Positions 37,904 through 52,677 are shown, counted from the whole stretch's first letter. The stretch: 61,635 nt of DNA, filler included, from Choristocarpus tenellus KU-1152 (GCA_964200185.2; 8 parts of 8 records of this genome joined end to end with filler, not necessarily neighbours in it); one strand, 5' to 3'. Program-made: numbers and translations. Notes: a model not told the origin generated them from the letters alone.

Positions 37904-38744
37904 CTGCAATTGCACCAGCATGACGACGTTTGAATGGGGGGGCACGGTGTGTGTGTGTGGGGGGGGGGGGGGGGGGGGGGGAAGTGGATTTNNNNNNNNN
38001 NNNNNNNNNNNNNNNNNNNNNNNNNNNNNNNNNNNTTAATTAATTAANNNNNNNNNNNNNNNNNNNNNNNNNNNNNNNNNNNNNNNNNNNNCCCCCCCTA
38101 GATACTTTGACCCGGGAACACAAGGAAATATATAATAACAGAAAAAAAGGATAAGATTACCCTAAAGTTTATTATAAAGGTCTATACGACTCAAAACGTG
38201 ATGACAATCTACCCTCTACAAACAGATATGGTCGAAACAATGTATGCAATTATATAGCTGAAGGAAGAACACCAAGTATATTAAACAGATTTATCCCAGA
38301 CAAAATGCTAACTCAATTAAATCAGTAGGAGGGGGTGTACATGCAAGTCAAAACTGTGGATTTTCCTCTTTCTCTTGTCACTACTTTACAGCTACATATG
38401 AAAAAAATAATAAAATGTTTGTGTCAACTCGTTCATCACCAAGAAGCGTGACTTTTATAGCTGTGCACGCAGCCCCGCGATTGTGATGCAGCATTTCTCG
38501 CCATCTTTTTTTATAGCCCATCTGTACTATCCCCATGGGAAAGTCAAATGGCCTCTCTTGACCTTTGCGACATTCTCCGACGACATACTCTCTTGCTTGA
38601 CAATGTTGTCGCAATCCATAAGGAAAGGTTGTTCGCATGAGTAGATGCTTTGAAGTAGTTTACATACCAGATGTTCCTATTTGTACACGTGATGAAGAAA
38701 TTATGTAAGCAGTGAGGTAATGTGTGTAGAACGATAGATTAGTG

Positions 38745-38991
38745 TCAAAGAGGGTGGAGTCGCGTCCATTTGGGGGCCAAAATCCAACGTTGCGATTTTT
38801 CTGTATTTTGGCTATCGTGTTTGTTAAGAAGTGTCAATATCCTTGTTCCGGACCCACCTTTTCATAGCGAAATACATTTTACCTACTCCGAAATATTTTG
38901 GAGTAGGAAAATATCGTAAAAACCTCAAGGGAAGCCAAGCCTCGAATGGACAAACAGGGCAAAACTCGTACCCTCTAAGATACTTTCACTC
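38745..38991 (-). mobile_element. MITE family A, copy 5 (left TIR damaged)
   Basis: Internal sequence and right TIR match the family; AGTG is present on both flanks. Confidence 0.85.
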
Positions 38992-40524
38992 AGTGATAGA
39001 TCAGGACATTGGAATATAGATGTTGAAGAAGCACTCTAGGAATTTTTTCTGTCTGGTATCGACAGGAAATGTTTCTATCGGTAGTCTACCAGAATTGTGT
39101 GAAAGCGTAATTAGGGAGACTATGAACTACCCCTGCTTTATTGACAGGGCTCACTCTTTGCTGTAACATAATAAAACACATTCTACATCATTATCTTCTT
39201 GGTAAAGCACCACGCTCTTTGGGAGCGTGCGAACAAAAGTTAGCCACCTAACTCCTGTGCCATGTCCAGATCGCCCTCGGCCCCCATGCAAGATTTGATG
39301 GAGCCAACCAAAACAATCCGACATAGTTGTCAGCCATTATAGGTGGTAGTGTGGTCGCGTAAACCTTTCACAGACCAGTAAGAAGCTTGTGCAATCAGTT
39401 GTCCCAAAGTTCCAATCTGACTGCCGCCGCTCCCCTCATATCTAGAGATAAGGTTGCTTAAGTGTGGTAAAAGCTTACGAAGAATTGGGACTTGTTGCCG
39501 AGCTTTGATGATGGGGAGAGATACAATCTGCACTTAAATATTCCGAAGTATTACTCAGCCATAGCTGCTCTTCACAATTACGGGGCATTCCCGGCCACCC
39601 ATGACTGCACGGAGGCAGATGACACCTCCATCACAATCTAATTCATCATACTGTATATCTTGCGATATATTTTCACTGTCCTACACACTAAACGAATATG
39701 TTTAATCCAGAGTATGTAACTATCACCTGATGTTGTATGTTCCTACCAGCAATCTCACAAGAGGACAGTTTAATGTGACAAGCTTGACTGGGGTTCCACC
39801 CATCTACAGGAAGAGCGGTTTGCCGATCTTCCCCAACACAATAATAACGCCCAGTTGTTTAGTGTGGACGTGGAAAAGCGAGGTTTCCTGTACTGTTGAA
39901 TGTGTTGGAAAACAGTTCTTCGTATTGCAAGGTTTGAACAAATGAAGTGAATATATCTTGAACACATGTGTTGTTACCATGTGCTGATGAGATCTTGCTT
40001 GACTACGTCCATCTTCTTACTACTTGTGTTGTATTTCTGAGGGTACTTTGTACTTGTTGTATCATTGATTTTTACCTATCACTCGTGTTCTTTCCCTCCA
40101 GTTCAACAGATCAATGGTATATTCCCCCTATAAAAATACACTGTGGAGAGCGCTCCCATACGATTAATCAACGTAGGACAGGATGCCAACTAGTTCATCA
40201 AAAATTGACGGACCCTTGGAAAGCATCAATGTTCTATTCGAAGGGGCACATCTACCGATGAGCGAGCTGCAGGGTCAGTTGTCATAAAAGCACTCACCAT
40301 GCAGCAATCTCCCAAGTCTGACCCTCCTACACTCGGCTAACTCATGTTCTTCCTTCATAAAACATGAGAGACGAATTTGTACAAGAAACAGAGGGTTGGT
40401 TGCTGGAAAGAGATGCAGTCTTCACATACCATCTGGAATTTCATAGTGGGAGTATATTAAGGTTGTTATCAAGAAGAAAAGGTGTGGATGGTGCCCCCGG
40501 AATTGGGTGTTCATAACAGCCCTT

Positions 40525-40596
40525 GAGTGAAACTAACTATCTTAGAGGGTACGAATTTTTCCCTGTTTGTCCATTTGTGGGGCTTGGCTTCCCATG
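40525..40596 (+). mobile_element. MITE family A, partial copy at contig end
   Basis: GAGTGAAA...TATCTTAGAGGGTACGA...GTCCATTTG runs into the spacer. Confidence 0.8.
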
Positions 40597-41653
40597 NNNN
40601 NNNNNNNNNNNNNNNNNNNNNNNNNNNNNNNNNNNNNNNNTTAATTAATTAANNNNNNNNNNNNNNNNNNNNNNNNNNNNNNNNNNNNNNNNNNNNCCCC
40701 CCCCAAGATACTTTGACCCCTCATTTGACAGTATCATAAACTCGTGTCTGACTGGGCAAAATTGGGGAGCTGTAGCCAACAGTGATTATATGATTTGCCT
40801 GTCTCTTGTGTGTCTCCATCCACACCATTTGAAGTCTCTGAAGACAATCAACTACCCACCATACTACGGTCCACCTCATGCTGTGCTTCTTAGAGCTCTA
40901 CTAGCTACCTACAATTTGTAGTGGGAAAGGAGGTGGGAGAGAAGTAGCACTTGCTACATCTATCACTATTGGTTACAGGATCCCCTGGGTCCAAGCTCCC
41001 TTTAATGCAGTTACCACAAGTTTGTCCTACCAAAAGAACGAGACCGAAAAGATACAAGATACGTACAAGGCAAAGAACACACTCCTCACTTTTGTCATGT
41101 CTCACCCTAGCCAATCATATAACCCCTCAACTGTCCGATCAAGATCGGGTCCAAGTCAAGGACCAAGACTTGATCCAGACCAATCAACTTGCCTGTTCAG
41201 AGGACAACATACCCTTGCCCTAGCCGAATCAATGATGCAGCAGGTGAAAGAGTAGTCAGAGCTCATAACCAGCACAGCAAAGAATACAGCCGTAAGCTGT
41301 CTCTATTGACCACGTGTCAAACGAAACCTTCCCTAGTTGTGGTACTCCCACATTTGGAAACATCAAGCTGATCTCCTATCAAACCAACCTTTATCCTTTT
41401 GCATCCCTCTCCTCCCCTACCTCCCACATCATCCCCAAACAATGCCCATCCCATACCACAGGACCTTGTTTTGTTGCTCAACACTCAGGTGGGTTCGCAA
41501 TTGGTGACAAGCTCAATGCAAAACCTCCCCTCTCCAATGTGACTCCATACCCCCTATGCACAGACACAACAGGCTCCAAGTGCCCTCTCTTCCCTCCCCT
41601 ATAGCTGCACAGTACCTCATGCACGCTATAGCATAGATAAATCAACAATAAAT

Positions 41654-43987
41654 CTACTTCTTTGAAGGCTCTGGCTCTATGTGTCCCAATCCCCCATGGT
41701 TGCGCTTGTAAACAACATTGATTTCGTCTGTCTCAATGTTACGGAACACATAGACTGGACATAGAGGAGGGAGGAAACGGGAAAGGAGTTGGTGAGGCAT
41801 TTACATATAAGCAAGGAGAGCAGAATTTCAAAGTAGAAAGGTCAGTTGAAGATTTGGAATTATAAATGTACTGGAACCAGAAAATGAAGACAGGAAAAAA
41901 AAACAATTTGTTCAGCTTACAGTCATGGTCGACGCAGCCCAGGCAGAAGACAGCCTCATCAAGGGTTATGGATGGCATTGGAAATGACTTTTGCTTAACA
42001 ACAGTCATGTCCTCCATGGCAACTTCCTCCACTTTGAAATCCTCAAACTCATCCTGTTGGAAAGGAAGAGGCGGATAACCGAGCATTACCAACAGTGAGA
42101 TGTCCAGTTAACCAATGAGTTCAGCCAGGGGGAAGTACAGTTCAGAGCATATATGCAGGATGAGAGTCTGTGTGAGTGTGATATTGGGTTCACAGCATGA
42201 CCAATTAAGTGTGATTTCTCGATGGACAGAGGGTACTGTCTCAGAGCTGTAGACAAGAAACTACATTAAACGTTCTCATTTGGAGCTATAAAATGTCAGC
42301 ATTCCAAACCAGGGTTGCAGTTTAGTCAGCAATATAGCATGACCACATGGGGAACCGATCATGGTATACAAGAATTTTCTTGTGCCATTATTAGTGGTAG
42401 GTACTACAAAATTATACTGCTCTGCTAACCTCTGGTTTCTTGGTCAGCAGATATCAGGAATTTCCTGGGTTAATCAGTGCCTGTCCTAAAGAGGGTTGTA
42501 TTTTTAAAAGCTTAACACTGCTGTTATCTCCAGATTTCAGACAGTAGTGATTAGCCATCAAACTAACAAAATGTGACCTATGAGCTTTTAGTGGGTTCAT
42601 GGGGTCATTCCCAACAGCCGTTTTCTATTTGTGTTTGTTGAATCGGAGTGAGTTTTTCCTTTTTTTCATCAGAAACAGTACATGAAACACAGGTAAATTT
42701 CAGAAACCAAAATGTATCATGAAGTTTCCTCTATTTGTATTTCTTTGCAAGTTCCTCAATTTCCACTCTCATTTATTGATACTACTACTTTATAGTATAT
42801 AGACATAAGAAGCAATGCATCGTTCCTACTCAACAAAAGCAACACGAGCAGAGCCCTTAGAGGACAAGGATATTACACCAGGAAAAAAATAGACAGAAAC
42901 TCAATCCTGAATTTTTTTTAAGTGAAAAAATGAACGGGGGTGGCTGGGTGGGCCAGGCAGGCAGGCAGGGAGGGGGTAAGACAGTTCCTTCAACTATAGT
43001 TGATTGAGTGTTGAGGTTCTCAAGGTGGATCATTGAAACAAGACTTTTAATGTAGGAAAGAAGTGGCACAATTAGCAATCAAGAACTCATGAAACCTCAT
43101 CTCAAAGAACAGGATAGATATAATATCTACAAGCTCTTGGTGCTACTCTTGAGAAATATCAACCCATTCCCAAGAAGAATATAAAACTTCAAAACCCCAA
43201 CATGAGAGAAATAATGCTTACAAATCTTACGTTTCTAGGCTTGACCAGCCCTCAGGAGTCAGTTAGGGGGAGGAGAGGGGAAGGGAGGACAAGGGGAAAA
43301 AAAAAAAATCTCACCAAGTTCAATTCCTCCTCCTCCTCGGTGATTGTTGTTACCTGCATGACCCAGTTCGTCCAGTTCCATGGCATTAGCATGGTCCAGT
43401 CACAACAAAAGGGGTATTAGACACGAAAACGGAAGGGGGGGGGGAAGTCAAGGTGCTAGTGGGAGAGGGTCCATGATACAGTCCACCAACCCAACTTCAG
43501 AGGGAAGGCAGAGCAACCATAGCCACCATGCTCTTGGGTCAGGTGCTCGGTGCATCTATTTTGATCCTCATCCCAGACATGACCCTACTGTACCATAGAC
43601 CAAGTACCTGCGGTACCAGTGCATGCAAGAGAACTGCAGTCTAGCTAACCAGGGTTGCGCCTATCCTTCCCTCACCCTTGATCAGCAACCATGTCACTGT
43701 TGCAATATGATACACAACCAACTCCTTTAGGATCATGCCATGATATCGTGGGAGGTGGATAAGCGCACAATGATTCCTGTGGCTTTCCCTGACAAAAGGT
43801 AAAATTTTATTTCTATTACTAGTTTTGCTCTCCAAAAGAAGACAATAGGTTGGTGCGCCACACCTCAGCAGAGACATCCCCAGCAGACTTTCGGTGACGC
43901 TTGGCAGCGGTTTTCCTCTCCTTGTACTGGCGAAGCTTGCGCATGATGCGGTCTGACACCAAGTCAATACTTGCATACATACTCTCT
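41654..43987 (-). CDS. PSRP1: Long-form ribosome hibernation promoting factor / plastid PSRP1 (S30AE family), 3' partial
   Basis: Exons ~43987-43864, 43353-43315, 42053-41921, 41754-41654: [25 protein letters not shown] ... [55 protein letters not shown]. This matches the end of the HPF N-domain and the S30AE C-terminal domain of cyanobacterial LrtA / plant PSRP1. Confidence 0.88.
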
Positions 43988-45619
43988 CTGCACCATGACC
44001 GCAAAATATAAAAGAATTTGGATCAACAGGCCGCGAGGATGAAAGTGTGGAGGGGGTAGAAGGGAGGGTCAGCGTCCGCAAGAGAATGTGATGTGAGGAT
44101 TGACAAACAGCAGGATAGAGACAAAAAGAACAACACCTGCTTGAAACTATACAGACACAAGAGGCCTTCCAACTTTGGTAACCTTCAAACAAAAACACCT
44201 GTTGATAGAAACATCCTTAAAAGTAGGTTAGAGTTAAAAAAAAGCGTTGTAACGTAACCTCAGAAGCTCAACATAAGAATCAAACCCCACCGATTCCTGC
44301 TTGTGGAACCCCTACCTAATCCACTTGACCACAAAATATCTAGAATATATAACGAACCATCAGGATCAGGATGTCTTGATCTCAGATTGGTAATGTTGAA
44401 AGGGTTGCTTCTTCAACATGAACAGAATAAACTCGTGACACATGCAAAATACGTGTTTCAAGTATCCAGGAATATGAGTATGTTCTTGAACAGTCAACTG
44501 AGCTGTACACATCAGCACTTCACTACCAATTGTACAAACCCCTGCTGGACAGCAAGCCAACTTCACACAACAGACATCCATGTGGGGTTTCCACATATAT
44601 CTGGAGGCATTGTTGGTCAAGAATATCCAGTACACCCCTGCCTACCAATGAGCTCAGCTTGGTGACTCAGCCAAAAAATCAACTTTCAACATCACTCATC
44701 TATAAATGTTGTATTACATTTTCACCTTCACATTCTAAAAATCCTCAAGGTATACAGCTCTTGATCAGATCAGTTTAGTGGAAACAAACCAAGGTTAAAA
44801 ACTGCCCTCCAGCTAACATCACTCATTACAGTGTCAATTCACAGGAAGGAGAGATGTTGCACCTTCTGGTAAGTTTGGAATGTACCAGTTGATCAAAACC
44901 AGGAGCAGGAGTCAAGACAAAAAGAGAAAGAACATCTCATTGGCGCTTCTCCCAGCAGTGGTCTGGTGTGGACACTATCAATACAATACTACAAGTGTTC
45001 AGAGTAGCAAAGCACCTGCCCATCAATCGCAATGATCACGTCAAAAATAAATACACAGTTATGTCTCACCAATATGTTGGCAATACACAGCATTTATGTG
45101 TCATTCACACCGAAGTACTTAGTGACTTACTACTAATTTGGGAAATTCCATCTGTTGAACAACCAAAAGGGCTCCAATGGCAGTTATCCAATAAAAAAAT
45201 TTCATCATTTGGTACCTTATTGCCCCCATAGAGTAAAAATGGCAACATGTTTTCCTTACCAAAAGCATGCAGCAGTGTTTCATACTACAGCTTCATCGAA
45301 CAGTTGACATGCTTCTGGTAAGGATACGACCCCAACCCCCACGGAAAACCAGTAGAAAACGATATATGCGAATGATTCAAATCAATAGGTCTTGAAGCAC
45401 AAACCCATGTATTGTAGTAACAATAAGAGACAAAACTTCTACTAACCCACATTATTTTTCTCCAGCATCTCAATTTACTCAGCAAAACTAAGGTGTTTAA
45501 CTACATGAACAGGGGGCTATGATATCATAGCCCCACAAGAAATTGAGTCCTTCACACTTTGAAAATAACTGATGAGTAATCCAACAAGCACATGTTTTAG
45601 ATTCCCCTCCGTCCCTCCG

Positions 45620-45657
<38 letters not shown>

Positions 45658-48431
45658 NNNNNNNNNNNNNNNNNNNNNNNNNNNNNNNNNNNNNNNNNNN
45701 NTTAATTAATTAANNNNNNNNNNNNNNNNNNNNNNNNNNNNNNNNNNNNNNNNNNNNGCACACAGGGGGCGGTGGGGAGGGGGGGGGCTGTGAGGGGTCT
45801 TGTTGTTGCATGTAGCAGAGGGTGCTCCTGTATCTTTGATGCTGGAAAACGAATGATTAAGTATTCCCATTTTTTGCATCGGATTTGTGACCCCTGAGGT
45901 GCTAGATTCTCCAATATTAAAGTTTTCATTCTGTTCTTTATGCAGGGTTTATGGTGTTGATATTTTTGCCTTTTATGCATTTTTTTTCCCTCTTTTTTAA
46001 AAGTTTAGGTCAGCACTATGGCAATTTTTTTTGTCCGAAGAATTTTTTGAAATCACCGTTTGGTTTATTGAGTGTGAATTAAAAGTACATAAATTTTTTT
46101 TGGTGTTCTGGTTCCTGCGCAGGTCTGACGATAGTGGACAGCTCTACCATTAGGTTGGTGTATATAATCCTTTTCTGTTTCACAATGTTCATATCGTGTG
46201 TTACCTTGGGGGACAGTTTGACACTCACAATGTAAAGCACAAATGTAGGACGTAGGAAAGCTCACATAAGCTTAGGATGGAATCCTCATGGTAGGATATG
46301 TGTGGACAGATGCCAATATGATGGAAACCCCTTTGGGGCAGTTTTGACACACACTGCTGGCATGTGTGCAAGGATAAGCCACGTGTGCCCCTAGAAGATG
46401 GCGAGCTGATGCTCTATGGCTGATGGTGTGCACTGTATATGTCTATGCATAGTTCTTTTACGGTGAATCTTTATTTTTATTTGAGTACACACATAAATAA
46501 CTCTGGAGTGTGTATGTATGTGCATAGGTAGGGAGGTGAACTCGAGTATTTAACATTTGGGGTTTGACACAGGTCTTGGTCGACTATGCGGCACTCACAG
46601 TAAAGGAAAGATGCCTCGTTTGTTAGGGTAGCAAAGTGTACCACACATACTGTTAGCGTTAGAGGGGAGACCATTTGGATTTATTTGCATGGCAAGGTGT
46701 TGTGATACAGAGTCCATGTTTTGCTGAAGTACAGTATAGCTTTTGCCTACACCGACTTTGTTGTGTGTTGTTGTCCACGTGTTCCAGGGATTAGAAACTC
46801 TGCTAAGGTGGGCATGTGTGGTGTTTCCTTTGCATAGTTTATGTGCTGGTGTCAGGGAGTTAGGTGCAAGCGTTCTTGTGAGGTCTATTAATAGTGTTGT
46901 GAAAAGGAAATTAAATCATTTACAAGTACAAGTTTAAAATCAGGTAGAAAAAATGTCATGCACTTGATCGAGATTGATACTGTCATGCAGCACACAATTA
47001 TTAATAAAATGATAAATCGAAATCACCCCTCAATCTTTTGGTTTTGATGAAATCAGAGCGATTCAATTGCTGTTTGTACTAGGGTGGATGACTGGACTGA
47101 GCTAGACTGGACTGTTGCTTCAAAGGTTGTATGTAGTACTGTTCAATGGTATTAGTTCCCTGTCCACTACTATATACAACAGGCGATTTATCCCTGGAAA
47201 GGGGTTTTCTACACCAAATCTGTTGATGTTACGATATTTTGTATCTACATTGCAGGCGTGTATCACATGGGTGATATGAGGCTCTCTCTCACTGACGAAC
47301 AATTGATAGATCCTTGGATATTTTCGTACTGATGGCTACCTCAAAATTTCATTGTGGACCGAGTTTTGGTTTCCCCGTTCACCGCCCCTCCTTACACTTC
47401 AGGTTAGAGTCAGCCAGTATTAGTCTGCACTACTGACTGCAAATAATATTCATGAAAGCCGGTAGAATTTCTGACGTCAGAATAACTTATTATTACCCTT
47501 GCTGCACAGCTTTGTTGATCAGTTGTCGGATGGAAAATGGATGTGCCTAGTCCTAACCTCAACCCTAGCCCAGGAAAGCACTTCCCTCCTGCGCCCGTTC
47601 AATTCATCAAAAAAGCTGTGGTGAGGGTAATGATCAACTCAGGCGTCAGAAGACTAACCAGATTCCAAAAATTATTTTGTTTTTAAAATAATTTTCTAAG
47701 GAAGAACTACATGGGAGTATGTGCTTTGAAGCTCAATGTAGAAACTTGACGTTCTGTCATTTCAATAAGCAAGTATTTTGTGTCTGCCATGTTCATTCAC
47801 AGGGTATGTTTACTGTTTGTAATATGAAGTTGCAAGAAGTAGGTAGGAGATGTGATGACTTTTTTTTTTATTCAGTTTTAAAATCAAGAACTTGAATCGG
47901 TTGAAAGTGCTCTCTATTGTATCACCTCTTATAATCATGCACATGTTTGAAATCGGAGTAGCCGACCAAAAATTTGGTTTGACTTGTACTACTGTATGTT
48001 TAAATAATGCAGATGGAAGAGATTCTTTTAAGTCTAGTCTTCACAGGAGCAAGAAATGTAGGCAAGTATCGAGTATATGACGACGATCTAGCCAAATTGG
48101 AAGGGCTCTATATGTGATGAGCCTTCTCATTGGCCAATTTTCCATTGTCTTCTCCATAAAGTTGGTAATGGAATTACCTTGGGTAATTATACTAGCTATT
48201 TACAGGATGATGTCCTTCTGATTTGGTTTATCATTGTATTATCTACAATCGTCCTAACATTTTCCTTGTCAAGACCAGGCCTTCATGGATGATCATTTAC
48301 TCATGCAATCTACCCTGCTTCCTCTCCTCTGTACTTCCCCCCATCCTGCTGGCACAAGCTTGACATCGTTTGTCGCCTCTAACCCCTCCCCCCCTCCCCC
48401 CCTCTCCCATCCTTGGTTTTGTCTCTACGAG

Positions 48432-50884
48432 GGAATGATGGGAGATCGATATGACAGGAGGAGTCGTGATGCCCCAGGCAGCCCCAGGGATGAGGGTTTA
48501 CCTCCACCTGATCCACTGAGGTTAGTTCTGGAAAGTATCCTTAAGAACAGATGTACCCCTGCTGTTGTGGTAGTTACTGCTCATGCATATCAGCCCATTG
48601 CTTAAGGAGGCGGTAGATATTGATGTTGATAGTGAGAGATATGAGCTGGACTAAAGGTAGTTGGGAGGTGAACACAGATGAGTACCACTTGTATTGAATG
48701 TCCAGGTCATGTTTGGCTTTTTTTGCTTTGCTAATTGTTATTCCTCAACCCCTGCCTGTGTGTGTATGCAATCATTCAGAATAGAAACCAATTCCCAAAA
48801 TTTTCCAGTTGAACATTAGAACATGTCCTGGTCATAGCAAGCTGGTCTGCGATGTGACCTGCATCTCATCATCTCAAATAGCCACAAAGGGAATATTCCT
48901 ATGTGTAACACATATTACTGTGCGTGAGATGATCTCTCAAATGTCAGGGAGATCCCAAATGGGACCTGTACCTGATACACTATTTATAATATGATTTGTC
49001 TTTCTAGAACCTTGTCTGTAGTACCTGCCACCTTCCCCTCATTTTTAGTAGGGCTACTCTGCGGCTAATGAGTATTGTTTTTTTTTCTAGGTTTCCGGTC
49101 ACTTAGAGTGCACACATCAACATGAAATTAAAAACAATACTTGGAAGGGATTAGTTTTTTTGCTTGGAGCATTTAGGAGGGCATGTGATATCTTGAACCT
49201 TCAGAGCTCTACAACACCAATAGTATTAAAAAAATATACTGCTCGCAAAGGGTTTTTTTGTGAAGTCACTTAGGTTGTACAGGCCCACAGTAGAATTGGT
49301 ATTGCGTTTTTTAACCTGTCCTCCAACTCCCCACCCCACCCCGTGACTCAAATCAGACCAGAGCATGACAACAGGAGTCGAGGGGGAAGAGGAAGAGGCT
49401 GGTTGCCTGGGAAGGGGCTCGAACTGGGGGACAGGGGAGGGGGGTGAGTGCAGAGATTGTTGTACATGCTTTGGAGAATGTATCTTAGTGCATATATGTA
49501 TATATATACATTGCCACGCATATATGACCATTGTTATTTACATGTATACTCAGTATTAGTGTAATGGGTAGGGGTAACTTGGAATGCAATTTTGACTTCT
49601 GTTGCTTTGCTTCTCTCCTTCGTCTCAAATATGTACATCTTGTGCTCCAATTTTTTTGGGGGGGAAGGAGTAACACATGTGAGTGTATATTTGTGCCGGA
49701 TAGAGGATAGCGAGCTCATTGTCGTCTTTGACTACACTGTGATATTCGTTGTATTCAATGTTCTTTTTCCCACTTTGTTGTTTTCCGTTGGTAATTTTTG
49801 ACATTGCGTTTGCTTCAGAGCAGGCTGTTCGACTGACTCACTTGTGGAATCTGTTCGTCTTGTGTTCCCCCCCCCCCCCCCCGTACACACATACACACAC
49901 TGTGAGGGTGTGTTCCTATTGCACTATGGCTACATGTAGTGCTGTGGTGCATTCTTGAAGTGCCTTGCAGTGTTTGTTTGTAGTTGGTGAGATTGCATCG
50001 TGGTTGTCTCAAATGGGGCCTTTTTGTATCTAATGTTTGGCAGGTATACTGTAGGAAAGAGAAAAAATGGTGTTGATAGATCTAACTTTGGAAATTGAGG
50101 TAGCTTCACAATAGGTCTTAAAAAGTTGTGAACGAGTCTTGCTATTCCCTTTTTTTTCTATTCAATCTCTCAGTTGTTTGGTGTTGTGAATCACTAGGGT
50201 TCTATTAAGTTTGTGATTTTAATGGAAACCGATTTTTTTTCTTATGAGTGCATGCTGCGTGTATTGTCGAGAAGGTCAGCAGTTTGTGCACTCCCATTTG
50301 TACCATGCATTGGATAATTACAATAGAGTAAATTGGAAAAAAAAATGAAGCCTATTTAAGTTTCACTTACAAGTGCTTCCGATTTACAGCACAAAAATGG
50401 TTTACTTTGGAGGAAGAGAACATTTAGAGGTCAGGTTACCAGGACATCGGTGCTGCTGCTCCCTTGCCCAACCAGCCCTACCAGATACCTCTGGAGTATT
50501 TTTTCTCTGCATTAACATCTTTCCCATTTGGTAACTGTTTAGGTATTATTAATTGATACTTCGTTAATGGAGTAGTAGTAGAGCAGTCTTCCTCCAGGAA
50601 ACATCTCATGGTTCCCTCCTCTTATGCACCCAAATGTTTCCCCTTGACTCTATTGTATTGTATCCCCCTGCACTCAATTCCTTCCTTTGATTTTCCTATA
50701 CTGATTGCATGATGGATTTTGTTGGTGTATTGGTTAAAATATGTTGTGGTAGGTTCTATAGCCTTCGGAGGCGACATGCAGCCAGGAGCAATCACAGCAG
50801 TCGCAGCCCAGGCGGTGGGGGAGGGGGGAGAAGCAGTCGGAGTCGCAGTCTCAGCCGGAGCATTAGTAGGGATAGGCGTTCAAG
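48432..50884 (+). CDS. Internal exons of an unidentified Arg/Ser/Gly-rich (SR-related-like) protein
   Basis: Phase-compatible candidate exons ~48432-48520, 49357-49443, 50753-50884: GDRYDRRSRDAPGSPRD..., HDNRSRGGRGRG..., RSSRSRSLSRSISRDRRSR. No diagnostic folded domain seen. Confidence 0.45.
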
Positions 50885-52677
50885 GTGGGAAAGGGGAGGT
50901 AGAGGTATATAATTGGGCACCTATTTGTATAGAAGTATCCTTGCAGACGTGGTAGGGACATGGAGAGAGGAGGCTTTGTGTGCGTAGTCCCCTTTTGTTT
51001 GTGTAATATGTTGGTGATTGTGAGGTTTTTAGGTGAAGATTGTTTTCACCTTTTTTTTTCCTGTATGTGGCCTCATTTTCATGGGGAAAGGGGGAGGGTT
51101 GGATTATTATTTGGGGGGGCTCTTGGTCTGGTGCTAATGTACTACTCAGCACATAGTAACGGAAATTTCTGGTATTAATCTTACGAAGGATATAAACAAG
51201 AACAAACAAGCTAAAGATATTCCATTGTTTGTAGTATATATTTTTTTAATTTGCATATATCTGTGCCAGGTATTCTGAACTTAAGAATGGAGCTTGTCAT
51301 ATGTACCCTCAGTATTCTTATGAAATATTAGTGTGCAAAAGTACACACCATATAGAAGTGGATAAATTCTGCAGTCAGTAGTGATCGTGTATGTTCTCAA
51401 AAAGTATTCATAATCCTAGTTTCTTGGATGGCGCAATTGCCAGTGGGGACTTGTCCAAGGAGATGTTCCCATTCTAATTTTGTCTTTGCTGCTCCTTTCT
51501 ACACTTGTTCTGCCTTGGAAACAAATTGAAAATTATGAGGGATGGTGTTAAAGATATTGTACACCAGTCGCTGCAATCTGTTGATTTAAGTACACAATCT
51601 CGTGATATTTATGGCATTTAGCCCTGGAGCAGTGCCTAAAAGCACGGTTTGCAGGCTGCCATGAAGTTTTTAATTCTCTGTATGTTGAGGGGGAGGGCGC
51701 TCTAGGAATTTCAAAACTGTACAAGGATCTAGGCCTAATCCTGGGAAGTCAGTAAAAGAGAACCTGAGTTTGTGCCTAGTGTGCTAATCTGGCTGATTTT
51801 TAATATTTTTGTTGGATTGTGTCTTTTTTTAGGGGGNNNNNNNNNNTTTTTTTTTTTTTTTTTGTTGGTTGTTTTTTTTTTTTGGGGGGGGGGGGGGGGG
51901 GGGAGGGGGCGAGGGGTTAGAATATAAAATGGACATTCTTTTTCAAAATCTTAATGATATGTGAAAAGATTCATGTGCACTGACTTCATGTAGACCTAGG
52001 ATGTCCCACAAAATATACCATCTTCATGGAATGCTCCCTCTCAATAGGTAGAGATTGCAATAGTTCAGGGCAAGTTGCAAACTACGCTTTCAGGCCATGC
52101 CCCAGAACCAGATGTCATGAATGTCACAAGATTAGGTGTACGCATTTATGGATCACATCAAGTAGTGTACAATACTTCTTTCACTATTATTTCTGATGAT
52201 TTCACATTTATTTTTCCTCTATTTTCCAAGGCAATACATAGCATAGAAAGCAGAAAGTGTTTATTTTCTGTATGTGCATCTTGTGTTGGGCATTAGCATT
52301 AGTTGGTATTATATTTTTTATTACTGTTGCACGTAAGGTTAGGGTTATGGTCCCTAACCCTATCCCTATCACCATTGCTGTTACAATATTAACACAAAGA
52401 GTCTGTCCACCCTTTGTTGGCCTCAACTTCTTTCAAAATCAGTCCTCTTTTTTTTCCTCTGCCATTCTTTTTATACTTACATTTTTCCACAACCTCCTCC
52501 TGTTTTCCTTTTGTGTGTGTGTGGGGGGGGGGGGGGGGGGGGCATGTGTGAAAAACAGCGGAGGCTGATTTCTATGTNNNNNNNNNNNNNNNNNNNNNNN
52601 NNNNNNNNNNNNNNNNNNNNNTTAATTAATTAANNNNNNNNNNNNNNNNNNNNNNNNNNNNNNNNNNNNNNNNNNNN

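Noticed and set aside
39730-40261. Possible exons in contig 38092-40596
   Set aside because: No consistent splice and phase model and no recognisable domain.
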